Positions 25,530-38,661 of a stretch of 64,000 nucleotides of DNA are shown here, one piece after another. Position 1 is the first letter of the stretch; the number at the start of each line of letters is the position of its first letter. This DNA is from Octopus vulgaris. Its lineage: Eukaryota. A program made the translations under genes and the position numbers. Location of the stretch: positions 116,994,001 to 117,058,000 of the forward strand of contig OX597819.1 of assembly GCA_951406725.2 (NCBI GenBank), written 5' to 3'. The notes beneath the pieces were generated by a model, which was not told the DNA's origin, made no database searches, and saw nothing but the letters and a program-made list of their open reading frames with translations.

Positions 25530-26371
25530 GAAAATAGTAAAAAGTGAAAAAAGTACAGAAGGCTTAAAGGTTAAAAAGTATATATATTTGCGTCAATATG
25601 TCTGAAGAATATTAAAAATTATTTTCTTATAATGACATAGTTTAGAAGAAAGAACTGTTTCGCGTTTAGCTTTTCAAATTTCTTACGACGTTATGTTTAT
25701 CTTGAATAGAGTTATCGTTATGTTTATGTTTAAAAGAGTTCTAAATAAGGGGAGGTAATGAGTGATTTCTTCCGGTGTAAGGGAGATAATCGCTTAATTT
25801 TTTTTCCTTTCCCTTGGTGTGAATTTCTCTGTATCAGTATGTTGGCATGGTTAAGTCTGGGCTTATACTTTTCAATGGAGAATGTTTCGTTGTTTAGTCT
25901 AATTTGTGTTGATGATCCGATAGCACATTGGTAAAATGGAAAGATTAAAAATTGTGGTAGAAGTTGCTTTGCGCATTTCTCAATGTGCTCACTAAAAGGT
26001 ATCATTCTGTATTCTGGGAATGCAATCTGTTGTCGATGCAGTGGTAGATCGAACTGTGCAACATGTCCAAACCTGCTAGAAGGATCAGAATTCCTCTTTA
26101 AAGAGTGACAGTAATTCAAGATCAAATCTAACATTACTTGTGCCTCTGAAAACATAATTTATGTCATAAAATGCTCGGGCTGCCACCAAGACTACGTGGG
26201 ATCCACGGGACACACTCAGACGTAGATGCACACTGCATCGACAACAGATTGCATTCCCAGAATACAGAATGATACCTTTTAGTCAGCACATTGAGAAATG
26301 CGCAAAGCAACTACTACCACAATTTTTAATCTTTCCATTTTACCAATGTGCTATCGGATCATCAACACAAA
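25530..26371. mobile_element. Penelope-like GIY-YIG endonuclease fragment with inverted duplication
   Basis: Plus strand from about 26044 reads GRSNCATC...ITCASENIIYVIKCSGCHQDYVGSTG..LRRRCTLHRQQI..PFS.HI..C. Segment 26231-26371 is repeated inverted at 25903-26043, and this continues on the minus strand to ...EKYKPRLN and a 3' UTR. Confidence 0.85.
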
Positions 26372-26433
26372 GATCAAGAAGACACACACATAGACAGAGA
26401 ACGGATTTTATATAATAGATATACTCAACATTC

Positions 26434-26468
<35 letters not shown>

Positions 26469-26499
26469 GGTTTCGAGCTCAAGCAGAACGCACTCACCA

Positions 26500-27500
26500 G
26501 AAACAATGTACTTCGACAGTGTATGGGTCATTGATAACCATAACACCACGACCAATGGGTATTGCCGTACGCGTCTTTGATAAAGAGAAATTGATTGAAA
26601 CTATACCAATCATAGTGTGCATCGCGACCAATGAATTGGCATACAACGTAGGCGGGCTCATATGTTTATGTTACATTAATTGCTCTCTCATAAATGCGCG
26701 GTGTTGTTGACTTCACTGAGGTTTTCAGGTCAGACAACTGTTTTACATCGCATACCCCGCGTTATAGTATACGCTCAACCACTGTGAAAAATAGGGAGAT
26801 TGTACCAAAATCCTTACGAACTTTGCGGCTTACGGAATGAATAATTGGTCTGAATGTATACTAATAAAGATAAGGAACTTTCCATAAATTGGATTCAATA
26901 AAGAGGAAAATGTTAAAGGAAAAAATGCACGAAAGGTTTTAGACATTGCTTCTCATCTTCACGAATACTTTAACGAATAGAGGATCTTTACTGAATTTAA
27001 AACTGAGAACGCTCCTTTGGCATCCCTGAGGTATTTCCTACGAAAATAATCTACATGGAGAAATTGTTTTTGGTGGTAATGCCAGAAGCAATCGCGATTG
27101 TGATCGAAGGCGGTTCATTAGTCAATTTTCCGTTGAAAATTATGTGCAAAGAAATGGTATCACAATACCCCAGAGGCATTGTTTAATCACGGTATACTAA
27201 AGACGTTCAGACTGGCAGTTCTGCTGTGCCTCAAGGATGATTATTGTCGGAAAATGTGCCAATGATTATTCCAAAAGTGCTCTCAAAAATGCTTAGATCG
27301 TAGTCATTTTCCGTTGATTACTAGGGTTTTATGCCCCATAAATTCGTACATAATACACATTGTACATCGCTACATTTTTTGACACCAAAATAGCTAATAA
27401 ACTTGGCAACGTAGATGACCACAAAATTGTGTGTTTCGACCTCATGGTGGATGTTTTCTTTTTGTAGTAAAAAGGAGCTGTGCAAAGACATACTTTATTT
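26500..27500 (+). mobile_element. Possible highly decayed piggyBac-like transposase remnant
   Basis: gacaactgttttacatcg (DNCFTS, compare DNxFTS) near 26733 and a weak FxKxKxI..W-like segment upstream. No TIR or TTAA was found. Confidence 0.25.
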
Positions 27501-28199
27501 GGTAGCCGAAAGATTACTGGATATCATACATTAAATTCCGCAGCTCAATCTTCGAATCCGCGCCTACGCTCACACAAATACATACTCACACACATATTCA
27601 TATAACAGACTCTGTGATATATATATATATATATACATACACACACACACACATATATATATTGGCTATAACAAATATACAGATATTCTTCAAAAGTGAT
27701 GTCAACATCCAAGCTTCCAATATATACTTATGTGTGTGTGTGTATGTGTGCATGTGTCTGTGTGAGTGTGTGGACACATGTATACATAAATATGTGTGCG
27801 AGTGTCTGCATACACTAATTCGTGTGCATGTGTATCGGTGTGTATGTTTAGGCGTATGTCTATAAAGGATTGTGTCTCTATTCTACTCTCTCATGTTTAA
27901 AGAGTAAGAAATATTTATTGTTGATTGCTCTCGGCTCTCAACAAAATGCTTAGAAGTGATTAATAATCAGTTTCATAATAACTGACGCTTGAAATATTAA
28001 TGTCATACAACGATATATTATTAATGTCATCATATTACTTATATGCAATATATAACTTTCAGTACTGATGTCATATTCTTTCTGAATATAGACTTCCGAT
28101 AGGAACTGTAAAATTGGGCAGAAGTAATTCATCTTTTGATATATATAGCGATATGTGAATGTAGTGTGTCCTCTCTCTGTCTGCGTCTTTAGATGCCGC

Positions 28200-28267
<68 letters not shown>

Positions 28268-28281
28268 TGATGATGATGATG

Positions 28282-28334
<53 letters not shown>

Positions 28335-28374
28335 GATAATGATAATAATAATAATGATAATGATAATAATAATA

Positions 28375-28421
<47 letters not shown>
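28200..28421. repeat. (AAT)n/(GAT)n trinucleotide microsatellite
   Basis: Read directly from the sequence. Confidence 0.97.
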
Positions 28422-28422
<1 letters not shown>

Positions 28423-28646
28423 GCACTAAGCATATATCCTGCATAAGCCTATATGTTGGTGTCTACGTATGTACAGTGACTTTATGTTTGCCTATATAAC
28501 TACTTTCCACAACATATATACATGTACACAGCCACACACAGATGTTTGTGAGCATGTATATATCGATGGATGGATAGATGCATGTATATATATATATATA
28601 TATGTTCATATAAATACATAATTATAAATATATATATACATACATA

Positions 28647-28712
<66 letters not shown>

Positions 28713-28718
<6 letters not shown>

Positions 28719-29002
28719 ATCTCAATATGACTAACCACTAAGGGTGGATGTTACTGTAGCTTGTAGCCCCAAGAGAACATCTTCTCCAGCTGGCTATTGA
28801 CACACTTTCTGTGCCCTATCGGTATCAAAGGGAAGTCATCCTTCCCTCGTGAACCTAAGTGATACGCACGGACTGCAGTTTCTGGGTATTGACCCGTCAT
28901 CAGCGCCTGACAATCACCGGTTTTCGATGGAAGGGTCCCATCTTGGGGCTACAAGCTACAGTAAATCCACCCTTAGTGGTTAGCCATATTGAGATGGCAT
29001 AT
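28713..29002 (-). mobile_element. MITE-looking element of about 290 bp with hammerhead (family H3)
   Basis: Terminal inverted repeats of about 62 bp at 28713-28774 and 28941-29002. Abuts (TA)n. A hammerhead lies in the unique centre. Confidence 0.8.
28868..28906 (-). ncRNA. Minimal type I hammerhead ribozyme motif (H3)
   Basis: Minus strand: gcg-CTGATGA-c gggt caat accc a-GAAA-ctgcag-TC-cgt. Stem III is the palindrome ACTGCAGT. The first pair of stem II is a C-A mismatch. Confidence 0.75.
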
Positions 29003-29173
29003 ATACTTCACATTGTCGTGCAGTTACTGTCATTATCTCGTTCAGAGTTTTATTATTGCGTTTATATATATATATATATTAGAAGAAATGAAGTAATCAG
29101 AAGATCGGATGGTTTATATTTACAGATATTTATTTATATATTACACTTTTTACATATATATCACATCACTTAG

Positions 29174-29208
<35 letters not shown>

Positions 29209-29454
29209 ACGTAAAATATAGGGTAGTGAGATTTTTTAGAAAATATAGTACCAGTGGCTCCGCATGTATAAAACATTGATAGACAACATATTTCCAATAT
29301 AAAATGGTGTACATTTAAACACAAGAGAAAAGTGCTTTCAAAAAGCAGATTTTACAGGTTAGATGAAGTAGTCAAATCGATGAAAACAACATTTAAGTGC
29401 ATTCTTCAAAAGGAATGAAAAATAAAAAAAAACTTTTAAATTGTTACTTTAATC

Positions 29455-29527
29455 CGGTCAGACCTAGGTTTCAAAATTTTTTTAGCAAATAAAATAATTT
29501 GCTAGACTAATGTCTCATCAGTGACCG
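29455..29527 (-). ncRNA. Type I hammerhead ribozyme motif (H4)
   Basis: Minus strand: cggtca-CTGATGA-(42 nt including the hairpin tagcaaat/atttgcta)-GAAA-cctagg-TC-tgaccg. Stem I is a perfect 6 bp and stem III is the palindrome ACCTAGGT. Confidence 0.75.
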
Positions 29528-29991
29528 CGCTATGACACTAATTAAGAGACGAATAACACGTATCTCATCGTTATACACTATATTTTTTTCAAATTCACCG
29601 CGCAAGCGCAGTTTCAGTGGGATGTGAGGGAATAAATTTAAAGATCACTAAATATACATAAAATATAGGGTAGTGAGTTTATTTTATTTAGACATTTAAC
29701 TAACAGTGGCCTAGTATGTATAAAAAGTCAATAGACAACATATTCTCAATAAAAAATAGTGTACATTTAAACACAAGAGAAAATGCCTATAACAGTCAGT
29801 TTTTTTTCACGCTTGAAGTACTCAAAACACATTTAAGAGCAATCTTCAAAAGGAATGAAAAACATTCATTCTCCGCCGACTGAAACTTGCGCTTGCGCAG
29901 TAAGTTTGAAAAATTATAATGTATAACGTTCAGACACGTTTTATTCGTCTCTTAATTATATGTTAGTACTATAGCGGGTTAACTGATGAGA

Positions 29992-30379
29992 GTGGAGGCG
30001 CAATGGCTCAGTGGTTAGGGCAGCGGACTCGCGGTCATAGGATCGCGGTTTCGATTCCCAGACCGGGCGTTGTGAGTGTTTATTGAGCGAAAACACCTAA
30101 AAGCTCCACGAGTCTCCGGCAGGGGATGGTGGTGATCCCTGCTGTAATCTTTCACCACAACTTTCTCTCACTCTTACTTCCTGTTTCTGTTGTACCTGTA
30201 TTTCAAGGGGCCGGCCTTGTCACTCTCTGTGTCACCCTGAATATCCCCGAGAACTACGTTAAGGGTGCACGTGTCTGTGGAGTGCTCAGCCACTTACACG
30301 TTAATTTCACGAGCAGGCTGTTCCGTTGATTCGGATCAACCGGAACCCTCATCGTCGTAACCGACGGAGTGCTTCCATC
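29992..30379 (+). mobile_element. tRNA-derived SINE, family C, with TSD
   Basis: A box tggctcagtgg, B box ggtttcgattcc. TSD aactgatgaga at 29981-29991 and 30380-30390. Near-identical to 62626-63011. Confidence 0.93.
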
Positions 30380-30381
30380 AA

Positions 30382-30448
30382 CTGATGAGAATTTCGTCTA
30401 GAAAATTATTGTATTTGTTAAATAAAAAATTGAAATCTAGGTCCGACC
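30382..30448 (+). ncRNA. Hammerhead motif (H4), separated from its 5' stem I arm by a SINE
   Basis: CTGATGA-gaatttcg...aaatt-GAAA-tctagg-TC-cgacc. Inverted homolog of 29455-29527. Confidence 0.55.
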
Positions 30449-30612
30449 AGATTAAAATAACAAGGCAAAAGTTTTATTTTTCATTCCTTTTGAAGATTAC
30501 ACTTAAATGTAGTTTTGATCGTTTTGACTACTTCTTTGACTACTTCTTCTAGCGTGTCAAAACTGCTTGTTGACGGCAGATTTCTCTTGTGTTTAAATAT
30601 ATATATATATGC

Positions 30613-30658
<46 letters not shown>

Positions 30659-31802
30659 CTACGTCAATGGATATGTAGGTAAACAGATGGATACGTAGAT
30701 ACGTACATGGATTACACGGGCAGAGAAGCACATACAAACACACACACACATATAGATGCATACACACCCACATACATATGTATATACGCATGCATGATGA
30801 CGCACACACAAGCGAACAAACAAATTCAACGCAGCACCAATAAATGACAGGTCAACGAATACTTAATAGGTCGCAAGAAGCAACGAAGAATTTACAAAAA
30901 AGTTTAAAGTAAATGAGTGAAAATCGAATCAGTGTGTGCGTTAATTAATAGGGTATTAATACAGAATGACTCTCCACCAGAACCATCCAAATATATGTAC
31001 GGCCGTGTTATTTTCAAAATATACACGAAAATGAATTCAGAAAAATAATTCTGAGTAGCAGGTGGCAATTATTGGAACAATTCTGTTTTAGATTTATTGA
31101 AATGCGAACGTGGATACACGAATCGTAAGTTTATAGATGTACCTTGATATCCACACGTAGTAGTGCGTTGCTAATAATCAATGGGAAATGGAAGTTTGGA
31201 AAATGTATTTGCTAGAGAAAAAAAACGTGAAGCAGCGAATAAAATTGTTTTGTAAATGCTGATTTCATTCAATGAGAAAAAGAGAAACAACATTGACAGA
31301 GGTACGAATAGAAATCATGTGATTAGTTTTTTCGTAATAGAATGCTATTGTTAAGGTTAATATCACATCGTTTAGAGAATGTGATATTAACCTTAAATGA
31401 AATCTGACTTGAATTAACAAAATGTTGCTTCTTATCATGTAAAAATTTGCAGTGCACCGATATTCGCTGCAACTGAGGTGGAAGCTTAATCCAGTGGTGC
31501 ATATTAAATTTTTAAAAAATAACTTTAATAAACAGAACATCAAGAAAGAAGACACGAAAAGACGTTTAAAAATTCGTTTGTTTTTCCTTCTGCTGGTATT
31601 AATCTCAAACTACTGCTTTTAAATTCAAGGATTTCTCGCATGAAATCCTATTAAGATTTGACAGGCATTCTAATGCAAAAGCATTTTACCGTACACGCAC
31701 ATTGAATCACACGCATACACACTCAGATATTTTCAGAAATATATGAAATACATGCACAAAATAAGATATATGTAAGTATGTATGCACACGTATGTATGTA
31801 TG

Positions 31803-31854
<52 letters not shown>

Positions 31855-31866
31855 CACATATTTGGA

Positions 31867-31899
<33 letters not shown>

Positions 31900-32088
31900 T
31901 GTGTGAGTGTATATATGTATCCATGTGTATATACATATAAATATATAGGTATACAAAATATGTGTGTATATATATGCATACATATATTTAGAGAAATACT
32001 TTATATACAAAGTTATACATATACGTATACAGAGTTATTTTGTACGCAAACATAAAAATACACGCACATATACATGCATATTTATATG

Positions 32089-32138
<50 letters not shown>

Positions 32139-32187
32139 CATGCATACATACATAAACACACACACAATATATATATATATATATATA

Positions 32188-32231
<44 letters not shown>

Positions 32232-34449
32232 TATTTTGAACTATAGCGGTACGTTTAATGATTCCTAAAATTCCAGTTCAACACAAAACACACAAATGTA
32301 AAGTTTGTGTGTGTTTTTATGTTTATCTGTAATTTAACTTATTTGCGAATTTGCAAGTGTGGTTGCGCCCAGTGCTTGAGTATTTGCGTTCATTGTGCAA
32401 ATGCATGTTACATAACAATATATAAATTTCTTAAAGGGTAATGTTTATTAGTAGGCCTAAACATACTGAATTACATTGAATTTTATGATTAGAATATTTA
32501 AAAGCTTTCATTCCTCTATTAAGAGGCTATATTGTTTGCATGTTTTGTGGTTGTAACATTTGTTTAAATACAAATATTTGATTACTGAAAGCTGAAAGCC
32601 TATAAATTCAATATAACTCGACATTTGAAGGTAATTCTCAATGATTATAATTTTCGGAATTTGACATTTGCTATTTTGAATGGGCATTTCTTCAACGTAC
32701 CATATATAATGTATCTCTATCTTTTGACAAGCATTGTCGTAGAATATTCTCCGGAGTCGCGTATTGTTTTCCTCGGTAGAGATCGTATTAAATTTCAATC
32801 GCAATCACTATGACATTTAATAAAAGGCCTCTTTAAGAGACATTTGTAAATTCTGTTTCTCCTTATCCTATGGCGGCAAGAATTTATTGGACTAACTATA
32901 TATAATCATTATGAAATTGTTTCCTATTATTTAAGCAAGGATCAAAAGGGCCAAACACATTATCCAGTAATTAAATGATGTGCCACCGAGGGACTTTAGA
33001 TAAATATGTCAATGGACCTTATGTGGCATGCCATTTCAGAATCACGAGTAAATTTCAACATTCCAGTGATACTACAGAGAAGATGCTGATGGTTTATGAT
33101 AGATAAATTAGTCGGCTCTTGTTTCACAATTATTGATCCTCAAATGCAATATATTCTCGACATAAAATTTTGATCATATTTCTGTTCATTACTTTTATGT
33201 ATAACATTTATTGTGAGGTTCGTCATTGCCTACCACTTCGAATTTTCTCTTGCATTTCTATATAACTTCTTACGTAGGGCGTTGCACGTTTAAGGAATGA
33301 AAAGCACTTATCAGAATTGCATTCGCATCAATAAATAATTTTCTTCTTATATATACACTGGTTATGTTAGTTTTCTTGATGTTCCAAAATTTGGCACCTT
33401 ACCACAGATTCATAAATATTGGCTTTGATTGAAAAAATTCTGCCTATAAGCTATAAATATTTTTTGATTTAAGAGCTGTTCTGTGATTGACTTGCTGGAA
33501 GTTATATTTTATGTGAACAATATTTTTTTCTATACTGTAGTTAATCTTCGTGGTAGCCATTATTGAAGAAATTAAGACAATCTCGGTTAGCAGTTTTTTA
33601 GTTGACGGTTTCTAGGGACTTTTCAGTAATATCTTGGTACATTTCAGTCCGCATTGTTCTTAAACAAAAGGCTATACTAGAGAATCCCTACAGTTATTCC
33701 ATTTTTACCAAGTCATAGACGAGAAGCTGTGTTTATTAGTATGAACTGATATATTCTAATGTTTATAGAGATCATCGCATATTTGTTAATGTGAAAGTAT
33801 CTGGGGATATCATTACATTATTAGTTATTGGATAACATGTTAGAAGTTGTATTATATGACATAATATTAGATATTAGATATCTCGCTTACATTGCTAACT
33901 AAATATATTTAATACGTACCAGCATATGGGATCCATTCCCATAAACATTATAATCTCTGACGGTGAGCTAAAGTATTATTCACATATGCGAATCCTTTTA
34001 TGCCTATTCGTACATTTAATTAGTGCAAGATATCGCCTTCATCAACGCTTCAGACTCTGTAACTTCACTATATTTAGAAGCATATTACAATTTTTCAGAA
34101 CTAGTTACAGTGAGATGCACAAAGGTTATGGTGCGATTTTCATATTTTGTAGCGTGCTTGGCAATGTTGAATGAACTTTAGGGAAGTTTGAGTTGGGAAT
34201 TCATTTCGATTCGGAATTTCGTTCTATTTCGAAATCGCTTTGTAACTGCACACTCAAATTTATATCGGAAGCAACCACAACTCCTTCCTAAGGTACCTGA
34301 ATTCAATAAACAACCAGAATATGATCAGTAAATAATGTCTATAATGTATACAAAGACTTGCTTCTTTGCATTGACGCCCCAATACGGTGCCGACGCCACA
34401 TGTAAATCCGATGCTAGCGCAGGTGACCGTGTGCATCGGCAGGTCCTCC

Positions 34450-37400
34450 TCTCCGAGAATTACAATTTTCTCATGATTGAAAGTTTCTTTTACGTTAAAG
34501 GAGTTACTTAATAAGCAAAATCGTCTGGAGAAACATGCCGGATAAGAGATAATAAGAAGGAATTTGGAAAAGGTGTATTTTGTTGGTCATTTAGGTTATC
34601 CATAATCTTTTCTTTTCTCGCATCAGTTTCTCCACCGATGATAGACTGATACGAGTTTGAGCTGGTCTCTGCTTAAGATTATCAGATTTTTCGCTCAGTT
34701 ACGTCCATTTTGAGGTTTCGTTTCCTTATATCGGCAGCGATATTTTCCAGTTGGTGAATTTACTGAAGTGGATTTCACGGGGAGATGTCTCTCTTCATTC
34801 TAAGCACAGGTAACCATCTCTTTCGTTGCGTTTCGTCGTGACTGATTATCTGCTTCGATTGTTGGGTGTTTCTAGGGAACCATTGTTTAGACGTCATATT
34901 TTATGCTTAGAAAGTGTCAGGGCTGTTGTTGGTGGAAATGTTTTCGCATTTGGATGCTTCAACGACAAAATACGCATGTTGCTCAATAGGAAAAGAGTTT
35001 TGAAATCACAACATTGTGAGACAATCTCTTATTATTATTTTTATTTCTTCATTGCCCACAAGGGGCTAAACATAGAAGGGGCAAACAAGGACAGACACAG
35101 GGATTAAGTAGATTACATAGATCCCAGTGCGCAACTGGTACGACCCCGAAAGGATGAAATGCAAAGTCTGAATTTGAACTCGGAGGAATTTGAACGTAGC
35201 GGCAGACGAAATACCTACTTCTTTATTACCTACAAGGGGCTAAACACAGAGAAGACAAACAAGGACAGACATAGGTATTACGTCGATTACATCGACCCCA
35301 GTGCGTAACTGGTACTTAATTTATCGACCCCGAAAGGAGGAAAGACAAAGTCGACCTAGGCGAAATTTGAACTCACAACATAACGGCAGACGAAATACCG
35401 CTAAGCATTTCGCCCCGCGTGCTAACGTTTCTGCCAGCTCACCGCCTTAAAACAACCTCTTCTTAATGAACCACCTCTGCCAGTTTTTCACTTGCTGTAT
35501 TGACTGATAGAATTTTGAAACCATATGCTTTCCGAAGGGGAAGGTTTTTAAGGTCGACATAGAATTTTGAGGAATATATTATTAGTGCTGCTAAATATTC
35601 AGTTGAAGTTGGTCTTTGGCCTTCTTGCTTCCGAAATTTTCATATTCACGTGTGAAATTGTTAATGGATTATTAAGTAATTCCTGATTTGCGTGTCAAAA
35701 TACCGGATATTAAAGCTGCAACGTTTGGGTGTTAGTAGGTATGGAGATGAAAATCTGCGCATATAATATGATTCAATATTAGAACAGTTCTTTAGGGTCA
35801 CATATGGATGTTTCGGAAGCAGCACAAATATTGTCCCAGAAAATGTATGAGAACAGCACGCTACCGAGAACGCAGTCATGTGTCACTCACATATGATCGG
35901 GAACTGTTTCGAAATTTGTTCCAATGAAATAGAGAACGTATTGTACCCTCATCAGAAGCTTGAATATGTGAAGCAAGGTTGTCTTGATGCGAGTCGTCAT
36001 GGCGTATCTAAGGCACATTGAGATAAGACTTTTTTCCACGTTGTCGTAGAGAAATGAATGGTTCCTATTCTCTTCTCTTTACTTTTTGCAGATTTCCAGT
36101 AGAGAAAATCACATCGATTGTACCACAGAGCATACAAAAACAGTATTATGATGCGGAGAGACTAAAATTTCTGGAGGTGGCTGAGAAAACCTTAAAATAT
36201 ATTGATTTATGCGATGGAGAAGAATGTTAATACTTTATGATCTCATTTCTTAAGCACAGCAATAACAATAGCATTTTTTGTACCTCGGTGTTCTACCTTA
36301 TGTAAATATTCAGAATATATAGTTTTGATTTAAGTTTCAGTGGCCATAGTTCAATAACTAATTAATAATTTTCCCCGATCCTCAGAAATTTAATCCCTAT
36401 TTTCCAGGCCATTTTCAGTCTTGAAATAATAGCTGTACATTTTTCACGATGAGCTGAGATATTTTTGAGGAAATATTCTGATGTCTGCAGTTTCCGATTC
36501 TGTGGCGAAAACAAAAGAATGTTTATTTTGACGTTTTAAGAGTTAACATTCTATCTGTTTATATCCGAACCATGTTGAATATATAAAAATGTTCACCAAA
36601 ATCTTGCTTAGATGACAGGCTTCTGCATATTTTTGAAGTATGTAGATGTGTTGTTGTCACCAATTGTTCCGTTGTTCTCTGATTTTTGCTTGACATTAGA
36701 CTTTGAATTTTAGATAGTAACATTCAGATTGCTTGATCATAGGTATTGATCCATTGACATCCAAAGCGTTTCGCTATTCCTTATTGATTTTATCTTTGTT
36801 CCTTTCAAAGCGATTGTGGCTACAACTGTTGATGTGATCAGTGACATTTTGTGACGGGCTAGTGAGGTTATTTCTAGCTCATTACCATTTTTCAACAATA
36901 CAGCGATGAACGTTGGCTTGTTTGTATCATAGTTTCGGGTGAACTATTGTTTAAAGATTGACTATGTGACAAGATTTTGAACTTATGTGACATCATCATT
37001 TCTTTGAGATTGTAATCACTGTCCCTTATGTGTCATGTCCTGGAAGACGATCTCCATACTAAATGTCTGCAGAACATTCATATGAACTGCGAGCTTCCAA
37101 GTGTGTGTTAACGATGAGAATGCAGTGATACGAAGAGGTTTTAATCGAGGAAATCACACTGATATTACACTCTTTAAAACATCTTTTTTAATAATCACGT
37201 CATCCCACACGTCTCTTACCCTAGCTTTGAAATCTCCTATTAGTAGAAAGTTATCTCGTATTGTTACTTTCAAAACGGTACTAATCAGTTGGTGGTAACA
37301 TTGATCTATTTCCATCTGGATTTGCACCACAACTGGAACGTAATCTGAGCTGAGTATAATAAAGATGTTTTGAGATAATGCTATAAAGAGAATCATAGCT

Positions 37401-37600
37401 TGTTTATCTATGAGAGTTGTAGTAAGTGGATGGTGTTTTATTTGTGTGTTCTTTCCATCTCCCTACAATATCTAGCCGGATCTCATTTCTTCTCATTTTT
37501 ATACCCGCGTGTGTTTTGTTTAACACAGGTCAGCTATATTAAAGACGAAACTAGCGAGATCTTTCAATAGAATAAATGCACATTGTTCTGGACAGGCAGC
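34450..37600 (-). mobile_element. Heavily decayed RTE-clade LINE (APE plus RT), interrupted by SINEs
   Basis: Minus-strand remnants occur in the expected order: YVP (YAPT-like) and LLIGDFKARV (APE GDFNA) near 37.2-37.35 kb, DCVLGSVLF (GCVLxPxLF) near 35.85 kb, and RWLPVLRM (RWxGHVxRM) near 34.8 kb. Confidence 0.6.
35031..35448 (-). mobile_element. SINE family B, full copy plus tandem partial copy
   Basis: Full unit at about 35213-35448 followed by a second unit starting at ggtatttcgtctgcc. Probable TSD acaa(t/c)ctctt at 35021-35030 and 35452-35461. Confidence 0.88.
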
Positions 37601-38483
37601 ATGGTTAAGATGAAATGTTCTTACATGTTTCAAGCATATAGTTGTTAATTCCAAATTCTGTTTCGTTATACTTTTGAGAAAATAAACAATAGAATGATAA
37701 GTAAAATTTCCTGGGCAGCGAAAACGTCACTACCAAACGTTAGCCAATATTTTCAGTGGTTTTCCACGGTCCGGATGAATACATATTTACGAACTAAATT
37801 TCCATGAACACATAAAAAAGTTAATTGAATCACACGTGCGCTCCGGTGTGACAAAACACGCCTATCACTTGTGCACATGTGTATAAATAATATACACACA
37901 TAAAAGCGCGTTTACACACAGAATAAAGTTCCAATATACTCGCAATATTTTATTCTTCAACCAATATATTAATGCCATATAATTCAGCTCATGTGTAGAT
38001 TGATTGAGTACCGGAGAAGGAACTACGTTTTTTTATAATGCGCGGTATTGGGCTGTTATTAAAAATATTTAGGTTAATGCTAGAATATATATATATTGCA
38101 GGGATATTAAAAAAAAGTGTAATTAGAAAATATGCAATGAGGAGAAAACAACAGGAGTCAAAATGTAATAACATTTTATTTTTAGAGGGTATTGGATTCG
38201 CGAAACCTTTAGAATAACGTAAAAAATAAATTATCGAACGTAATTAGATTAGGCCCTTCACATATTACATAAGTAAGCGCCGTGCCGATAAATGTATCTT
38301 CAAGGAAATAAAATCCCGGTAATTTGTGCGAGAGGAAACATGGTTGATATGCATTAGCTTTCCCACAAGGATGTTGTTTCATCTTACTGCGCGTCACATG
38401 ATTTAAGCAAGGAAAAAAAAGCGAAATAATAAAAATATAGGTTAAGTAATACATTGCATTTTCGTCATTCCCTAAGAGTTTTG

Positions 38484-38516
<33 letters not shown>

Positions 38517-38623
38517 TGGAAAGTTACAGGTATTATGCGGCACCCATACATGAACATGTTTAATATGAGACGCTTAGAAGGAAACAGAATTATCACTACT
38601 AGAATACAATGTATGTATGTGTG

Positions 38624-38660
<37 letters not shown>

Positions 38661-38661
<1 letters not shown>

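Larger units (their letters stand above)
29212..30598. mobile_element. Compound element, family H4 (copy A minus, partial direct copy B, inverted copy C)
   Basis: taaaatatagggtagtgag starts at both 29212 and 29659. Segment 29878-30598, minus the SINE, is the reverse complement of about 29314-29620. (TA)n flanks. Confidence 0.75.

Noticed and set aside
25597-25665. ctgaaga and gaaac words in the Penelope 3' UTR as a hammerhead
   Set aside because: The two words are on opposite strands, so no complete core can be built.
27950-28499. Poly-L/I/N ORFs
   Set aside because: Translations of the (AAT)n microsatellite.
29992-30070. tRNA gene (also 62626-62700 and the SINE A/B heads)
   Set aside because: A and B boxes are present, but they head multi-copy TSD-flanked SINEs and no proper cloverleaf or acceptor stem is seen.
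33800-34300. Possible second LINE fragment on the minus strand (EYxSP-like word)
   Set aside because: Only one weak motif, which is not enough to call.
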